Shown in pieces: positions 17,960 through 25,901 of a stretch of DNA of 64,000 nucleotides. Numbering within the stretch: position 1 is the first letter of the stretch; every line of letters starts with the position of its first letter. The notes beneath the pieces are model-generated. The model worked only from the letters and a program-made list of their open reading frames with translations. It did not search any database and was not told the DNA's origin. This DNA comes from an uncultured Polycyclovorans sp. (lineage in GTDB: Bacteria > Pseudomonadota > Gammaproteobacteria > Nevskiales > Nevskiaceae): assembly GCA_964425915.1 (NCBI GenBank), contig CAYROO010000010.1, positions 7,314 through 71,313 on the forward strand, in the 5' to 3' direction. The position numbers were made by a program, and so were the translations under genes.

Positions 17960-18898
17960 CTACCGCACGGTGCCCGCTTCGACCGTGTCTTCGCGGTCTT
18001 CGTAACCGTAACTCCGGGCCAAGGCGCGGACCTCGGGATCAAACGCGGCGCCGTCATCACGCCAGGGCACCGGCCCCGCAAGCGAATAGGGCGGTGCCGG
18101 TAGGGTGATGCCGTCCAGCACGGGATCCAGCACCTCCATCTCCAGACCACGCGGCGCCTCGGGCGGCCCGAACCCCGCAAATGGGCTGTCGGCTGCCGCC
18201 ATCATCCGGTCGCACACCGCGGTCTCGACGGGCGCCAGGCCAAGCCCGGCGATCAGCGCCGACAGGGCCTGGTCCGGCTGCGACTGCAGGGATTCCATGC
18301 GCAGCATCCTGCGCTGTGCGGCGGGCCACCAGCGCTGCAGATTTCGCTGGCAGCGAAGCCAGGGCAACTGTGGTTCGATCGCGGCCGGCTGCGGTGAGCG
18401 TGCGTGGTCACGATAGTCGGCCGGGACAAACACTTGCGATGCCAGCCAGCGCGACCACACCACACCGTGTGGCAGCGGGTGCCGCAGGCAGTGAACGAGG
18501 TCCGCCTGCGGCGCCAACGCCTGCCAGCGCAACAGTTCATGGGGCCGCAGGGCGCTTTCACTGTCCGGGATCACCAATCGGCGGGGCGCCACGGCGGCCG
18601 CCAGTGCAGCCAACACATCGGCGGTACGCTGATTCGAGCGCTGCTGCAGCCAGTCCCGAGCGGCCGCGATGCCGCGCGCATTCTGGCCGCCGGTCAGGTG
18701 CTCAGCGATGGCGCGCAGCAACCCGTCGGCGATGGGGGCCTGACTGATCGCAAAGATTTCGAGCAAGGCATCCACCCGCTCTGCGAGGCCCAGCCTAAGC
18801 TCTGGCATCGGCGCCAGCTGCGGATGCGACCCCAGCATCTGTGCCAGCAGCGACGTGCCCGAGAACGGCGCGCCGAACACCAGGATGGGTGCGCTCAT
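17960..18898 (-). CDS. Sulfotransferase-family protein
   Basis: N-terminal PAPS 5'-phosphosulfate-binding-like loop (ILVFGAPFSGTSLLAQML). A CLRHP...S region resembles the 3'-phosphate motif. The start overlaps the upstream stop (ATGA). Confidence 0.6.
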   Translation of the reverse strand: MSAPILVFGAPFSGTSLLAQMLGSHPQLAPMPELRLGLAERVDALLEIFAISQAPIADGLLRAIAEHLTGGQNARGIAAARDWLQQRSNQRTADVLAALAAAVAPRRLVIPDSESALRPHELLRWQALAPQADLVHCLRHPLPHGVVWSRWLASQVFVPADYRDHARSPQPAAIEPQLPWLRCQRNLQRWWPAAQRRMLRMESLQSQPDQALSALIAGLGLAPVETAVCDRMMAAADSPFAGFGPPEAPRGLEMEVLDPVLDGITLPAPPYSLAGPVPWRDDGAAFDPEVRALARSYGYEDREDTVEAGTVR

Positions 18899-20382
18899 CG
18901 CCAGCCTCCAGGCCGCCCGAGCCAGATCTCACAGCCACCGCGATGGTTGTCGATGTAATGCCAGTCGCCACCCGTCTGCTGCTGGGCGATGGTGGGCCCG
19001 TAGGGGTTGGCGGTGGCGACGAATAGCCCATGCGGCGTCGACGCAAAATTGCGGATGCCCCAGTTGTAGCGGTTACCAAAGGCGTTGCGGGTCACCGGCT
19101 GCCAATGCTCGCCATCGGCGCTGCGCCAGACCTCGGCGCCCCCCAGGTGGGTGGTCAGCCAGTCCCTGCCCCACAAATCGAGTAGGGCCACCGCGTCGGG
19201 CGGCCAGGTGTGCAGCGGCAGATAGGCCAGGTTCTGGCCCCAGCTGAAGGTTCCGGCGTAGAGCCAGCCGTCATGCACGACCATGCGCCACACATAGCCG
19301 TTGAACAGCTTCTCGAAACCCGGCCCCAGCCCCGACAGCGGGTAACGCAGACCCTGGGGTGTGCTGCGCGACTCGCCGACGATCAGCTCCCAGCGGTCAT
19401 CGGGCCAGACGCGAATGATCTCAGCAGCGGCTGGGCCGATGCCCGTGGCGCGGTGAAAGCCACCGTTGAGCACCCCGGTGCCGACATAGAGCGCGCCGCG
19501 AAACGCGCAAAGCGAGACGCCCACTTCGTTAAAGACACCCCGCCCGGCGCCGCGCGCCAGCACCCGGGTCCAGCGATAGGGCAAGTCACCGCCTGCGGTC
19601 TTCCATAACTCGAAGCCGGTCTTGGGGTTGACGGTGGCGGCGTAGAGGTGGCCGTTAAACTCCTCCATCTCGAAGACGGTGACGTTGGCCTTGCTGCCGA
19701 AGCCCTCCTCATTGGCGGCCTGCCAGTCGGCACTCTGAATGTCGTCCGTCGCATAGATGGTGGAGTCGGAGCCGATACTGTCGGAAATCTTGCGGGCGCC
19801 CTGCGATGAGCTGGTCGGCGTGGTGTGGACACGCCCCTGAAACACCTGCAGGGTCCGAAAGGACCGCACTGCCGGGCTGAAAGGCGGACGCGCGGCCGGC
19901 GCAAAGTGACGGCCGTCCTCGCTGCGCAGAATATCCGGCGGATCGGTCAGCTGTGGCGCCCAGGTCGACACATACAGGCAGGGCTTATGGTCGCTGGCGC
20001 CCTGAAAAACGCCGATACCGCGGTAGCCGATGTAGCGCGGCACCTGCAGGTTGCCGCGGCTCGCTGGCACCAGTGGCGCCTGGTACACGCGGGTCCACTG
20101 ATCCTCGGCCGGATCAAAACACCAGATCTCCGCCTGTCGCGGAATGTCGTAGATGAAGTCCGGACTATCGACCGGCCAGGGCCGAATATCCGGACGCAGC
20201 TGGTTCCACTTGTGGGCCGGGATGATCGCCCGGGTGGTGCCGACATACACCCGCCCTTCGAACACGGCCATGCTGTGGGCATAGTGATTCTGCCCATCGC
20301 CAAAGCCGTTGGGGCCGGTCAGACGGAAATCGGCCTCGCCAAGCCCGGCGGCCTCCGGGATGTCGGTGCTCAGGGCAGCCAC
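18895..20382 (-). CDS. Six-bladed beta-propeller-like protein of unknown function
   Basis: Six copies of an F/H-x-G-x-[LV]-[YFH]-x-[GAT]-T motif: FEGRVYVGT, FQGRVHTTP, FNGHLYAAT, FRGALYVGT, HDGWLYAGT, PHGLFVAT. No N-terminal hydrophobic signal peptide. Confidence 0.55.
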   Translation of the reverse strand: MAALSTDIPEAAGLGEADFRLTGPNGFGDGQNHYAHSMAVFEGRVYVGTTRAIIPAHKWNQLRPDIRPWPVDSPDFIYDIPRQAEIWCFDPAEDQWTRVYQAPLVPASRGNLQVPRYIGYRGIGVFQGASDHKPCLYVSTWAPQLTDPPDILRSEDGRHFAPAARPPFSPAVRSFRTLQVFQGRVHTTPTSSSQGARKISDSIGSDSTIYATDDIQSADWQAANEEGFGSKANVTVFEMEEFNGHLYAATVNPKTGFELWKTAGGDLPYRWTRVLARGAGRGVFNEVGVSLCAFRGALYVGTGVLNGGFHRATGIGPAAAEIIRVWPDDRWELIVGESRSTPQGLRYPLSGLGPGFEKLFNGYVWRMVVHDGWLYAGTFSWGQNLAYLPLHTWPPDAVALLDLWGRDWLTTHLGGAEVWRSADGEHWQPVTRNAFGNRYNWGIRNFASTPHGLFVATANPYGPTIAQQQTGGDWHYIDNHRGGCEIWLGRPGGWR

Positions 20383-22721
20383 GACCAGACTTCGACAAAC
20401 AGGAATCGCCAGAGCGCACGAGTGAACACCACCAGCGCGATGTGGCGCTCGCCGGTGGCCTTGCCGACCCCCGTCATCCCCGATTTCAGCCGCTGCTCCT
20501 CATCCTGGAGCGCGATCTGTACACGGACCACCTTGCCGTAACGGGATGCCTCGGCGGCCGGCGCGATGGCCGTGACCTCACCGTCGAACTCGGTGCCCGG
20601 ATAGGCCCACACCTTGGCGGTCGCCGGACGCCCAACGGCCACCTCGCCGACCGCGGACTCCGGCAGTTTGATTTCCGCCTGGCGCAGGCCGGCATCCTCG
20701 ATGACCGCGAGCACTTCGCCGCGCTCCAGATAACGGCCCACTGCGAACTGCAGCCCGCTCGATACCACCCGCCCCGCGATCGGCGCCGTCAGCTCGGTTT
20801 GCGACAGCTGCTCCCGATGGAAGGCCAGCAAGGCCTCCTCGCGAGCAATCTGCGCCTGCACCGCATTGATGTTTTCGTCGCGCGCCGGGCTGGTCAGCAA
20901 TTCCAGGGCGCGCTGCGCCTCGGCCAGCAATTGGGCATCGACTTCAGCGGTGCCGCGGGCGCGATCGAAGTCCTCGACGCTGACGCCGCCCTGCCGATAG
21001 GCGCGCGCCAACCGGTCGGCGCTGCTGCGGGAAAACTCATTGCGCTTGGTGAGCGTGGCGACGCGGCTACGCGCCACTTCGATTTCTTCCTCCCGAGCCC
21101 CCTTTTCCAGCAGGGTCAGGTCGGCACGCAACTGCGCCAGATTGGCCTCACTGGCGGCGACCTTGGCACGCTGCTCCGCATCGGCAATACGCACCAGCGG
21201 CTGCCCGGCAGCGACCATGTCGCCTTCGGCGACCAGCACCTCGCGGATATCGCCGGGCACCAGCGCGCGCACGTCGGCACGCGCCTGCGGCAGGATCTCC
21301 AGGTCGCCACTGGGCTCATAGCGGTAAGGAAACAGGCAGAGCAACAGAATGCCGCCGAAGATGAACCCTTGCCGCCGCGTCGGCCGCCAGGCTTTCAGCT
21401 GCTGCCAGCGTGTATCCCAGCCCAGACCGTCTCGCGGCATCGGCGGCCGCCCCAATTGCTTGAACATGACTACCCCTATCACCGCGAGGATTGCAAGAAA
21501 ACCCAGACCGCCCGTGACGTCGATCAATGCGGGCGCCGAGTAGCGCCCGATCAACAGCAACACCAGGGAACCGAACAGAAAAGTGGCGATGTAGTACGCC
21601 CGCAGCCACCGCTGCGTCAGCGGGCGCAATTGCTGCTGCCATGGCCGGCTTTTGCCGAGAATGGCGAAAAAGGACTGCTGCTTGAGGTCCGGCATGCCGA
21701 CCCAATGCGACAGGAAGGCGTAGCCATCGTAGCGGGCCAGCGGGTTCGCCCGCACCAGCACCGAGGTGGCGATGAGGACCATCAAGGCGGTAAGGCTCTC
21801 GGTCAGCGCCCCACCCTCGCGAAACTGCACCAACCAGACCAGCATGAGCAGACCCATCAGCGCCAGGCTGCCGGTCACCGGCGCGGCGATGATGCGCAGT
21901 CTGACGGATCGCCGGCTGAGCTCGGGAATCCCCCGGGTATCGACCTTGATGACGGGCACCGGCGGCCGGCCCCAGCTCAGTCCCACGCGCGGCGCAGCTG
22001 CACAAAGTCGCGCCACCGCATAGGCACAGCTGGCCTGCGACACCAGGTTGATCAGGACCACCCCTGATGGCAGAGACCACCACAGGCCACCGCTCTGAAC
22101 GTGCTGAACAGCCGCGTCCCACCAAACCATCCGGTGTCCCCACACGGCAGCCAGCAGCAGTATCAACACCATCAGCCCCAGCAGGCCCGCAGATCGGCTG
22201 ATCAGCGGCCAGGCAAACAGTCGTCCCAGTGCAACGAACGGCGCGGCCGCCAGCGGCCGGTCCAAGGCACTGTCGTGGCCGGCACCCACATAGAACTTGT
22301 GAAGCCCCCCCACCAGTGCCGGCTGCGCTAACGACCCCGGCACCGTCGACGGCACCAGGGCTGCCGCGCGGTTGGCGCGAATCGGGCGGCCACGACGTTC
22401 GGCTTCGTTCCAGGCCAGCGTATTGCGGGGCACCGGAATCGGCTCCAGCCGTCCCGGCGCCAGCAGTGCATGCTGTCCGAGCCAGGCCTCGATGTCGCGA
22501 CATCGCGACGGGTCGATCCCGGCCTCCGCCGCCATCGCCCAGCGCTGTTCCGGGGCACGGGCGCCGTTGAGGGCTTCGGCGACCCGCTGCACGCTGCGAT
22601 CGTCGGCAGGCCAGGCTTCCGACAACTGCAGCCGCCGGCCGAGCTCATCGACCGGAATGCGCAGGCTGAGATAGCGCGACGCAGCGCTCACGGCGTGCCG
22701 GGTACGCGGACTGGCGTCCAT
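20370..22721 (-). CDS. Fusion of a polytopic inner-membrane domain (site-2-protease-like, HExxH lost) with a HlyD-family periplasmic adaptor
   Basis: About 130 aa of soluble N-terminus, then about 8 hydrophobic segments (aa ~160-470). The C-terminus has a lipoyl-like segment, a coiled-coil hairpin and a beta-barrel typical of HlyD/MFP. NPLARYDG (21723-21746) resembles the S2P NxxPxxxxDG motif. No HExxH occurs anywhere in the protein. Confidence 0.7.
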   Translation of the reverse strand: MDASPRTRHAVSAASRYLSLRIPVDELGRRLQLSEAWPADDRSVQRVAEALNGARAPEQRWAMAAEAGIDPSRCRDIEAWLGQHALLAPGRLEPIPVPRNTLAWNEAERRGRPIRANRAAALVPSTVPGSLAQPALVGGLHKFYVGAGHDSALDRPLAAAPFVALGRLFAWPLISRSAGLLGLMVLILLLAAVWGHRMVWWDAAVQHVQSGGLWWSLPSGVVLINLVSQASCAYAVARLCAAAPRVGLSWGRPPVPVIKVDTRGIPELSRRSVRLRIIAAPVTGSLALMGLLMLVWLVQFREGGALTESLTALMVLIATSVLVRANPLARYDGYAFLSHWVGMPDLKQQSFFAILGKSRPWQQQLRPLTQRWLRAYYIATFLFGSLVLLLIGRYSAPALIDVTGGLGFLAILAVIGVVMFKQLGRPPMPRDGLGWDTRWQQLKAWRPTRRQGFIFGGILLLCLFPYRYEPSGDLEILPQARADVRALVPGDIREVLVAEGDMVAAGQPLVRIADAEQRAKVAASEANLAQLRADLTLLEKGAREEEIEVARSRVATLTKRNEFSRSSADRLARAYRQGGVSVEDFDRARGTAEVDAQLLAEAQRALELLTSPARDENINAVQAQIAREEALLAFHREQLSQTELTAPIAGRVVSSGLQFAVGRYLERGEVLAVIEDAGLRQAEIKLPESAVGEVAVGRPATAKVWAYPGTEFDGEVTAIAPAAEASRYGKVVRVQIALQDEEQRLKSGMTGVGKATGERHIALVVFTRALWRFLFVEVWSWLP

Positions 22722-22740
22722 GGACGTCCGACGTCGGCCA

Positions 22741-24129
22741 TCAGGGCGTGAGCGCGACGGCGCCCGACAGCAAGCGGTTGAGATGAACCGCGTCGGCCGC
22801 GACCAAGGTGCCGGCAGCCTGCTTCAGCGCCAATGACTGCAATAGCAGCTCGTAGCGCAGAGCCTGGTAGCGCACCTCCGCCGCAAAGCGCTGCTCCAGT
22901 GCGTTGAACACATCGGCACTGGTCCGGGTGCCGGCCTCGAAACCGGCACGCGTCCCGGACTCGGCAAGTCGGGCGGCCTCCACCGCATCCTGCAATGCGC
23001 TGACCTGTTGTTGCGCCGCCATCATGCCAAGAAATGCCTTGCGTGCGGCGAACACCGCATCGGTCTGCGCCTGTTCCAGGGCTGCTTCGGCGCGGATCCG
23101 CTGGAGGTCGGCCTGATCGATAACCGCACTGAGCTGCCCGCCCGAGAACAGCGGCATTGCGGCCCGCAGACCGATCCGCGCTTCTCGCTCGTCACGCTCG
23201 CCGGCGAGCCCGCCGCCGGCATCAATCTGATAGGCGGCTCCGACAATATCCAAGGTGGGCCAGCGGCCGCGGTGCGCCTTACGGACATCCAGTTCCGCCA
23301 ACCGCAAGGACAGCGCAGCCTGCAACACCTGCGGGTTGTCAGTGCGGGCACGCTCGACCCAGGCGTACTCGTCGGGCGGATTCGGCAGCAGGCCGTTGAA
23401 GCTGGGCGACAGGCCCAGAATACGCGCATCGCGGCGGCCGGCCGCGGCATGAAGGCGGCGGGTGGCGATGCGGGCATCCGACTCCACCTCCGTCCGCCTC
23501 GCCACCGCCAGCTTCACTGCCGCCTCGGCATACTGGCGTTCCGCCTCGGTGGTGAGCCCGGCATCGGCCTGACTGACCACCTGGTCCCGTTGCTGACGCA
23601 CCGCACTCAAGCGGGCCTTGGCCAATCCCACCGCTTCCTGGGCCGCCAGTGCACCGAAGTAGGCCTCCGCTACGTCCAGCAGCAAGCCGCTGCGTTGCGC
23701 CTTCAGCGCCAGTTGCGATTGCTGTTCCCGCACTTCGGCCTGATCGAGCTCGGCCCACAGAGTGGGCTGCACGACGGCCTGGCTGAGGTTGACCCCGTAA
23801 AGATACCGCTCGTATTCGTCTTCGCGGTCGACGTCAACGATGCCGAAATAATCACCGGTGATGGATTCATCGACATAGGCGCCCTCGGCAAACGCCGAGA
23901 GTTGCGGCAACAGCTTGCCGCGCGCACGCTCGATGCCGCGGGCGGCCACCGCCGCCAGGGCGTCCGCACTGCGAGCGTCAGGGTGGTTCCGCAGGGCATC
24001 ACCGTAGTAGCTGACCAGGTCCGCGGTGTCCTCCGCTGCCACTGCCAGCGGTGCCAGCAGGATCGACAACACCATCAGCAGCACGCGACGTTGCCCGCCC
24101 CGGGCGGTGCCCCAGCAATATTCAGCCAT
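22741..24129 (-). CDS. TolC-family outer-membrane efflux protein
   Basis: Signal peptide followed by two tandem repeats of long alpha-helical and beta segments typical of outer-membrane factors. 462 aa. It lies 19 nt upstream of the adaptor-fusion gene. Confidence 0.85.
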   Translation of the reverse strand: MAEYCWGTARGGQRRVLLMVLSILLAPLAVAAEDTADLVSYYGDALRNHPDARSADALAAVAARGIERARGKLLPQLSAFAEGAYVDESITGDYFGIVDVDREDEYERYLYGVNLSQAVVQPTLWAELDQAEVREQQSQLALKAQRSGLLLDVAEAYFGALAAQEAVGLAKARLSAVRQQRDQVVSQADAGLTTEAERQYAEAAVKLAVARRTEVESDARIATRRLHAAAGRRDARILGLSPSFNGLLPNPPDEYAWVERARTDNPQVLQAALSLRLAELDVRKAHRGRWPTLDIVGAAYQIDAGGGLAGERDEREARIGLRAAMPLFSGGQLSAVIDQADLQRIRAEAALEQAQTDAVFAARKAFLGMMAAQQQVSALQDAVEAARLAESGTRAGFEAGTRTSADVFNALEQRFAAEVRYQALRYELLLQSLALKQAAGTLVAADAVHLNRLLSGAVALTP

Positions 24130-24302
24130 GTCGTTCGTTCATTGGTAGGTCCCCGGTGCCCGCGCTCTGGCCACCAGGAGCGCGCTAGCTTGCCTCAAGT
24201 CGTCAAGCGAAAATGTAAGACAATGCCGTGATCATCGGACTCGTCGCCGAGCCGGTCCCCGGCCGGTGCAGGATACCGAGATTGCCGTTGGAGGGCATAT
24301 CT

Positions 24303-24662
24303 ATGTGGCCATTGCTGTTGATATTTGCTGTCGCCATCGCCGCCCTGGGCTGGCGTCTGCGTCAGCTTTCCCGGCTGATGAGCCGGATGGAAACCGAGCT
24401 TTCAGCGCTGGCGGGCGCCCGAGCGTTGGAGGGTCCGGACGTCGAGGCATTGCTGGCGCCGGAGCGTCCCAGCCTCATCACCATCGAGATCCTCAACCCG
24501 TTTGAACTGGCCATGCGCGAATCCAAGCTCGCCGGCACCTTCGGGTCGCTGGCACCGGCCCTGGTCCGCCAGGAAGTGCTGCGTCAGGCCACTCAGCGGG
24601 TGCGTCAGCAACTGGCCGAACAGGGCGTTGAAGCCGAGGTGCAGCTTGTTCGTGGCCGCTAG
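24303..24662 (+). CDS. Small membrane-anchored hypothetical protein
   Basis: ATG preceded by GGAGGG. N-terminal TM segment (MWPLLLIFAVAIAALGW) followed by a helical region. No recognised family. Confidence 0.5.
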   Translation: MWPLLLIFAVAIAALGWRLRQLSRLMSRMETELSALAGARALEGPDVEALLAPERPSLITIEILNPFELAMRESKLAGTFGSLAPALVRQEVLRQATQRVRQQLAEQGVEAEVQLVRGR

Positions 24663-25092
24663 TGCCGGGCTGCTGGCGGTCGGCCTGATCGCGCTGCTGC
24701 TGGTGGAACGCGCCTTGTCGCGTCGCGCCCGGCACTGGGCGCGAATGGCAAGACGCCTGGCTGTGCGGGCCCACGATGCCGAGCTTCGCATCGAGCAACA
24801 GCAGCGGCTGGCGGACATGCAGCGCCGGGCCGAGCAGGCGGTGGAACAGACCAATGCCACGGTGCGCGCCATCCACCGCGGCATCGCCCGGATCCCCTTT
24901 GGCATCCTGTCGCGCTTACAGGCGACTCGGGCACCCGCACGCGTGGTGGAAGTGGTCCACGACGAAACCAGCGATGTGGTCTATGACAGCATCTCGGCGG
25001 TGAATCGACTGGTCGGCGCCCAGGTCCGGCGAGGCCTGCGCCCCCAGGAAGACCTGCCGACACTGAAGTCCGATGATCCGCCCCCGCTATGA
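24652..25092 (+). CDS. Hypothetical membrane-anchored coiled-coil protein
   Basis: Candidate GTG 24652 or TTG 24646 start inside ORF 24502..25092. It has a TM segment (AASAGLLAVGLIALLLV) and then a charged helical region. The start is uncertain. Confidence 0.4.
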   Translation: MAASAGLLAVGLIALLLVERALSRRARHWARMARRLAVRAHDAELRIEQQQRLADMQRRAEQAVEQTNATVRAIHRGIARIPFGILSRLQATRAPARVVEVVHDETSDVVYDSISAVNRLVGAQVRRGLRPQEDLPTLKSDDPPPL

Positions 25093-25122
25093 TCCAGCCT
25101 CCGCTTCCATCCGCACCTCGCC

Positions 25123-25671
25123 ATGACCGCCCATGCACGCTACGCACCCATCAGCATCGCCCTGCACTGGTTCATGCTGCTGTTGTTGGCGGCCACCTAC
25201 GCGTGCATTGAACTGCGCGAGCTGTTTCCCCGCGGCAGCGACCCGCGCGAGCTGATCAAGACCTGGCATTTCATGTTGGGCCTGAGCGTTTTTCTGCTGG
25301 TGTGGGTCCGACTGCTGGCGCGCTGGCGCCACCCGGCACCGCCCATCATCCCGACCCCATCCCGCTGGCAGCAGAGACTGGCGGCCGCCATGCACATGGC
25401 GCTTTATGGCCTGATGCTGGGTATGCCAATCGGGGGCTGGCTGATCCTCAGTGCCGAAGGAAAGCCGGTCCCTTTCTTTGGCCTGACCCTGCCGCCCCTG
25501 ATGGGCCCGGATGCCGACACGGCCGAGCTGATCGAGGAGCTCCACGAAACCTTCGGGGTGATCGGCTACTGGCTGATCGGCCTGCATGCCGCGGCCGGCC
25601 TCGTGCACCACTACCTTCTGCGGGACAATACGCTGGAGCGTATGCGCCCTCTTCGCAGGACCGAAGGATGA
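25123..25671 (+). CDS. Cytochrome b561 family protein
   Basis: The N-terminal ISIALHW, four hydrophobic helices and conserved His positions (HW, WHF, MH, LH) are typical of the CybB family. 182 aa. Confidence 0.8.
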   Translation: MTAHARYAPISIALHWFMLLLLAATYACIELRELFPRGSDPRELIKTWHFMLGLSVFLLVWVRLLARWRHPAPPIIPTPSRWQQRLAAAMHMALYGLMLGMPIGGWLILSAEGKPVPFFGLTLPPLMGPDADTAELIEELHETFGVIGYWLIGLHAAAGLVHHYLLRDNTLERMRPLRRTEG

Positions 25672-25901
25672 AGCGCGGACGTCACCCGATGCTGAACCGA
25701 ACCGCCGTCGGCGCAGGCCTGGTGATGCTGCTCGGCGGCTGCGCCCCAGTGCAGCCCTGGCAGCGGGGCGACCTTGCCCGCGAGGACATGCAACTGATTT
25801 CCGATCGAGCCCAGGCGGCCTTCGAGGACCACGCCTATTTCAGCAAGGAGGGCTCGAGCGGTGGCCGCGGCTTTGGTGGTGGAGGTTGTGGATGCAACTG
25901 A
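25668..25901 (+). CDS. DUF4266-like small lipoprotein, copy 1 (C-terminal GGGGCGCN)
   Basis: ATG overlaps the cytochrome b561 stop (ATGA). Lipobox LLGGC. Mature ~53 aa end in SSGGRGFGGGGCGCN. Family name is from memory. Confidence 0.7.
   Translation: MKRGRHPMLNRTAVGAGLVMLLGGCAPVQPWQRGDLAREDMQLISDRAQAAFEDHAYFSKEGSSGGRGFGGGGCGCN

Noticed and set aside
20442-24231. Plus-strand ORFs 20442..22067 (541 aa), 23008..24231 (407 aa) and the minus-strand alternative frame 21316..22503 (395 aa), all overlapping the HlyD-fusion and TolC genes.
   Set aside because: They have no recognisable domains and an Arg/Gly/Pro-rich composition. The annotated frames show clear TolC and HlyD architecture.
24130-24302. 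A search for a small precursor-peptide ORF upstream of the TolC operon, which would have suggested a RiPP-type export system.
   Set aside because: Only a 6-codon minus-strand ORF (ATG at 24142) overlaps the TolC start. It has no Shine-Dalgarno sequence and no peptide-like features. No precursor gene can be supported from the sequence.
25586-25891. An N-terminal extension of the first DUF3570-like ORF. The track starts it at 25586, giving 522 aa.
   Set aside because: The extension overlaps the cytochrome b561 and DUF4266-like genes in another frame. The paralogue starts at the equivalent MQL codon, and a signal peptide follows ATG 25892.
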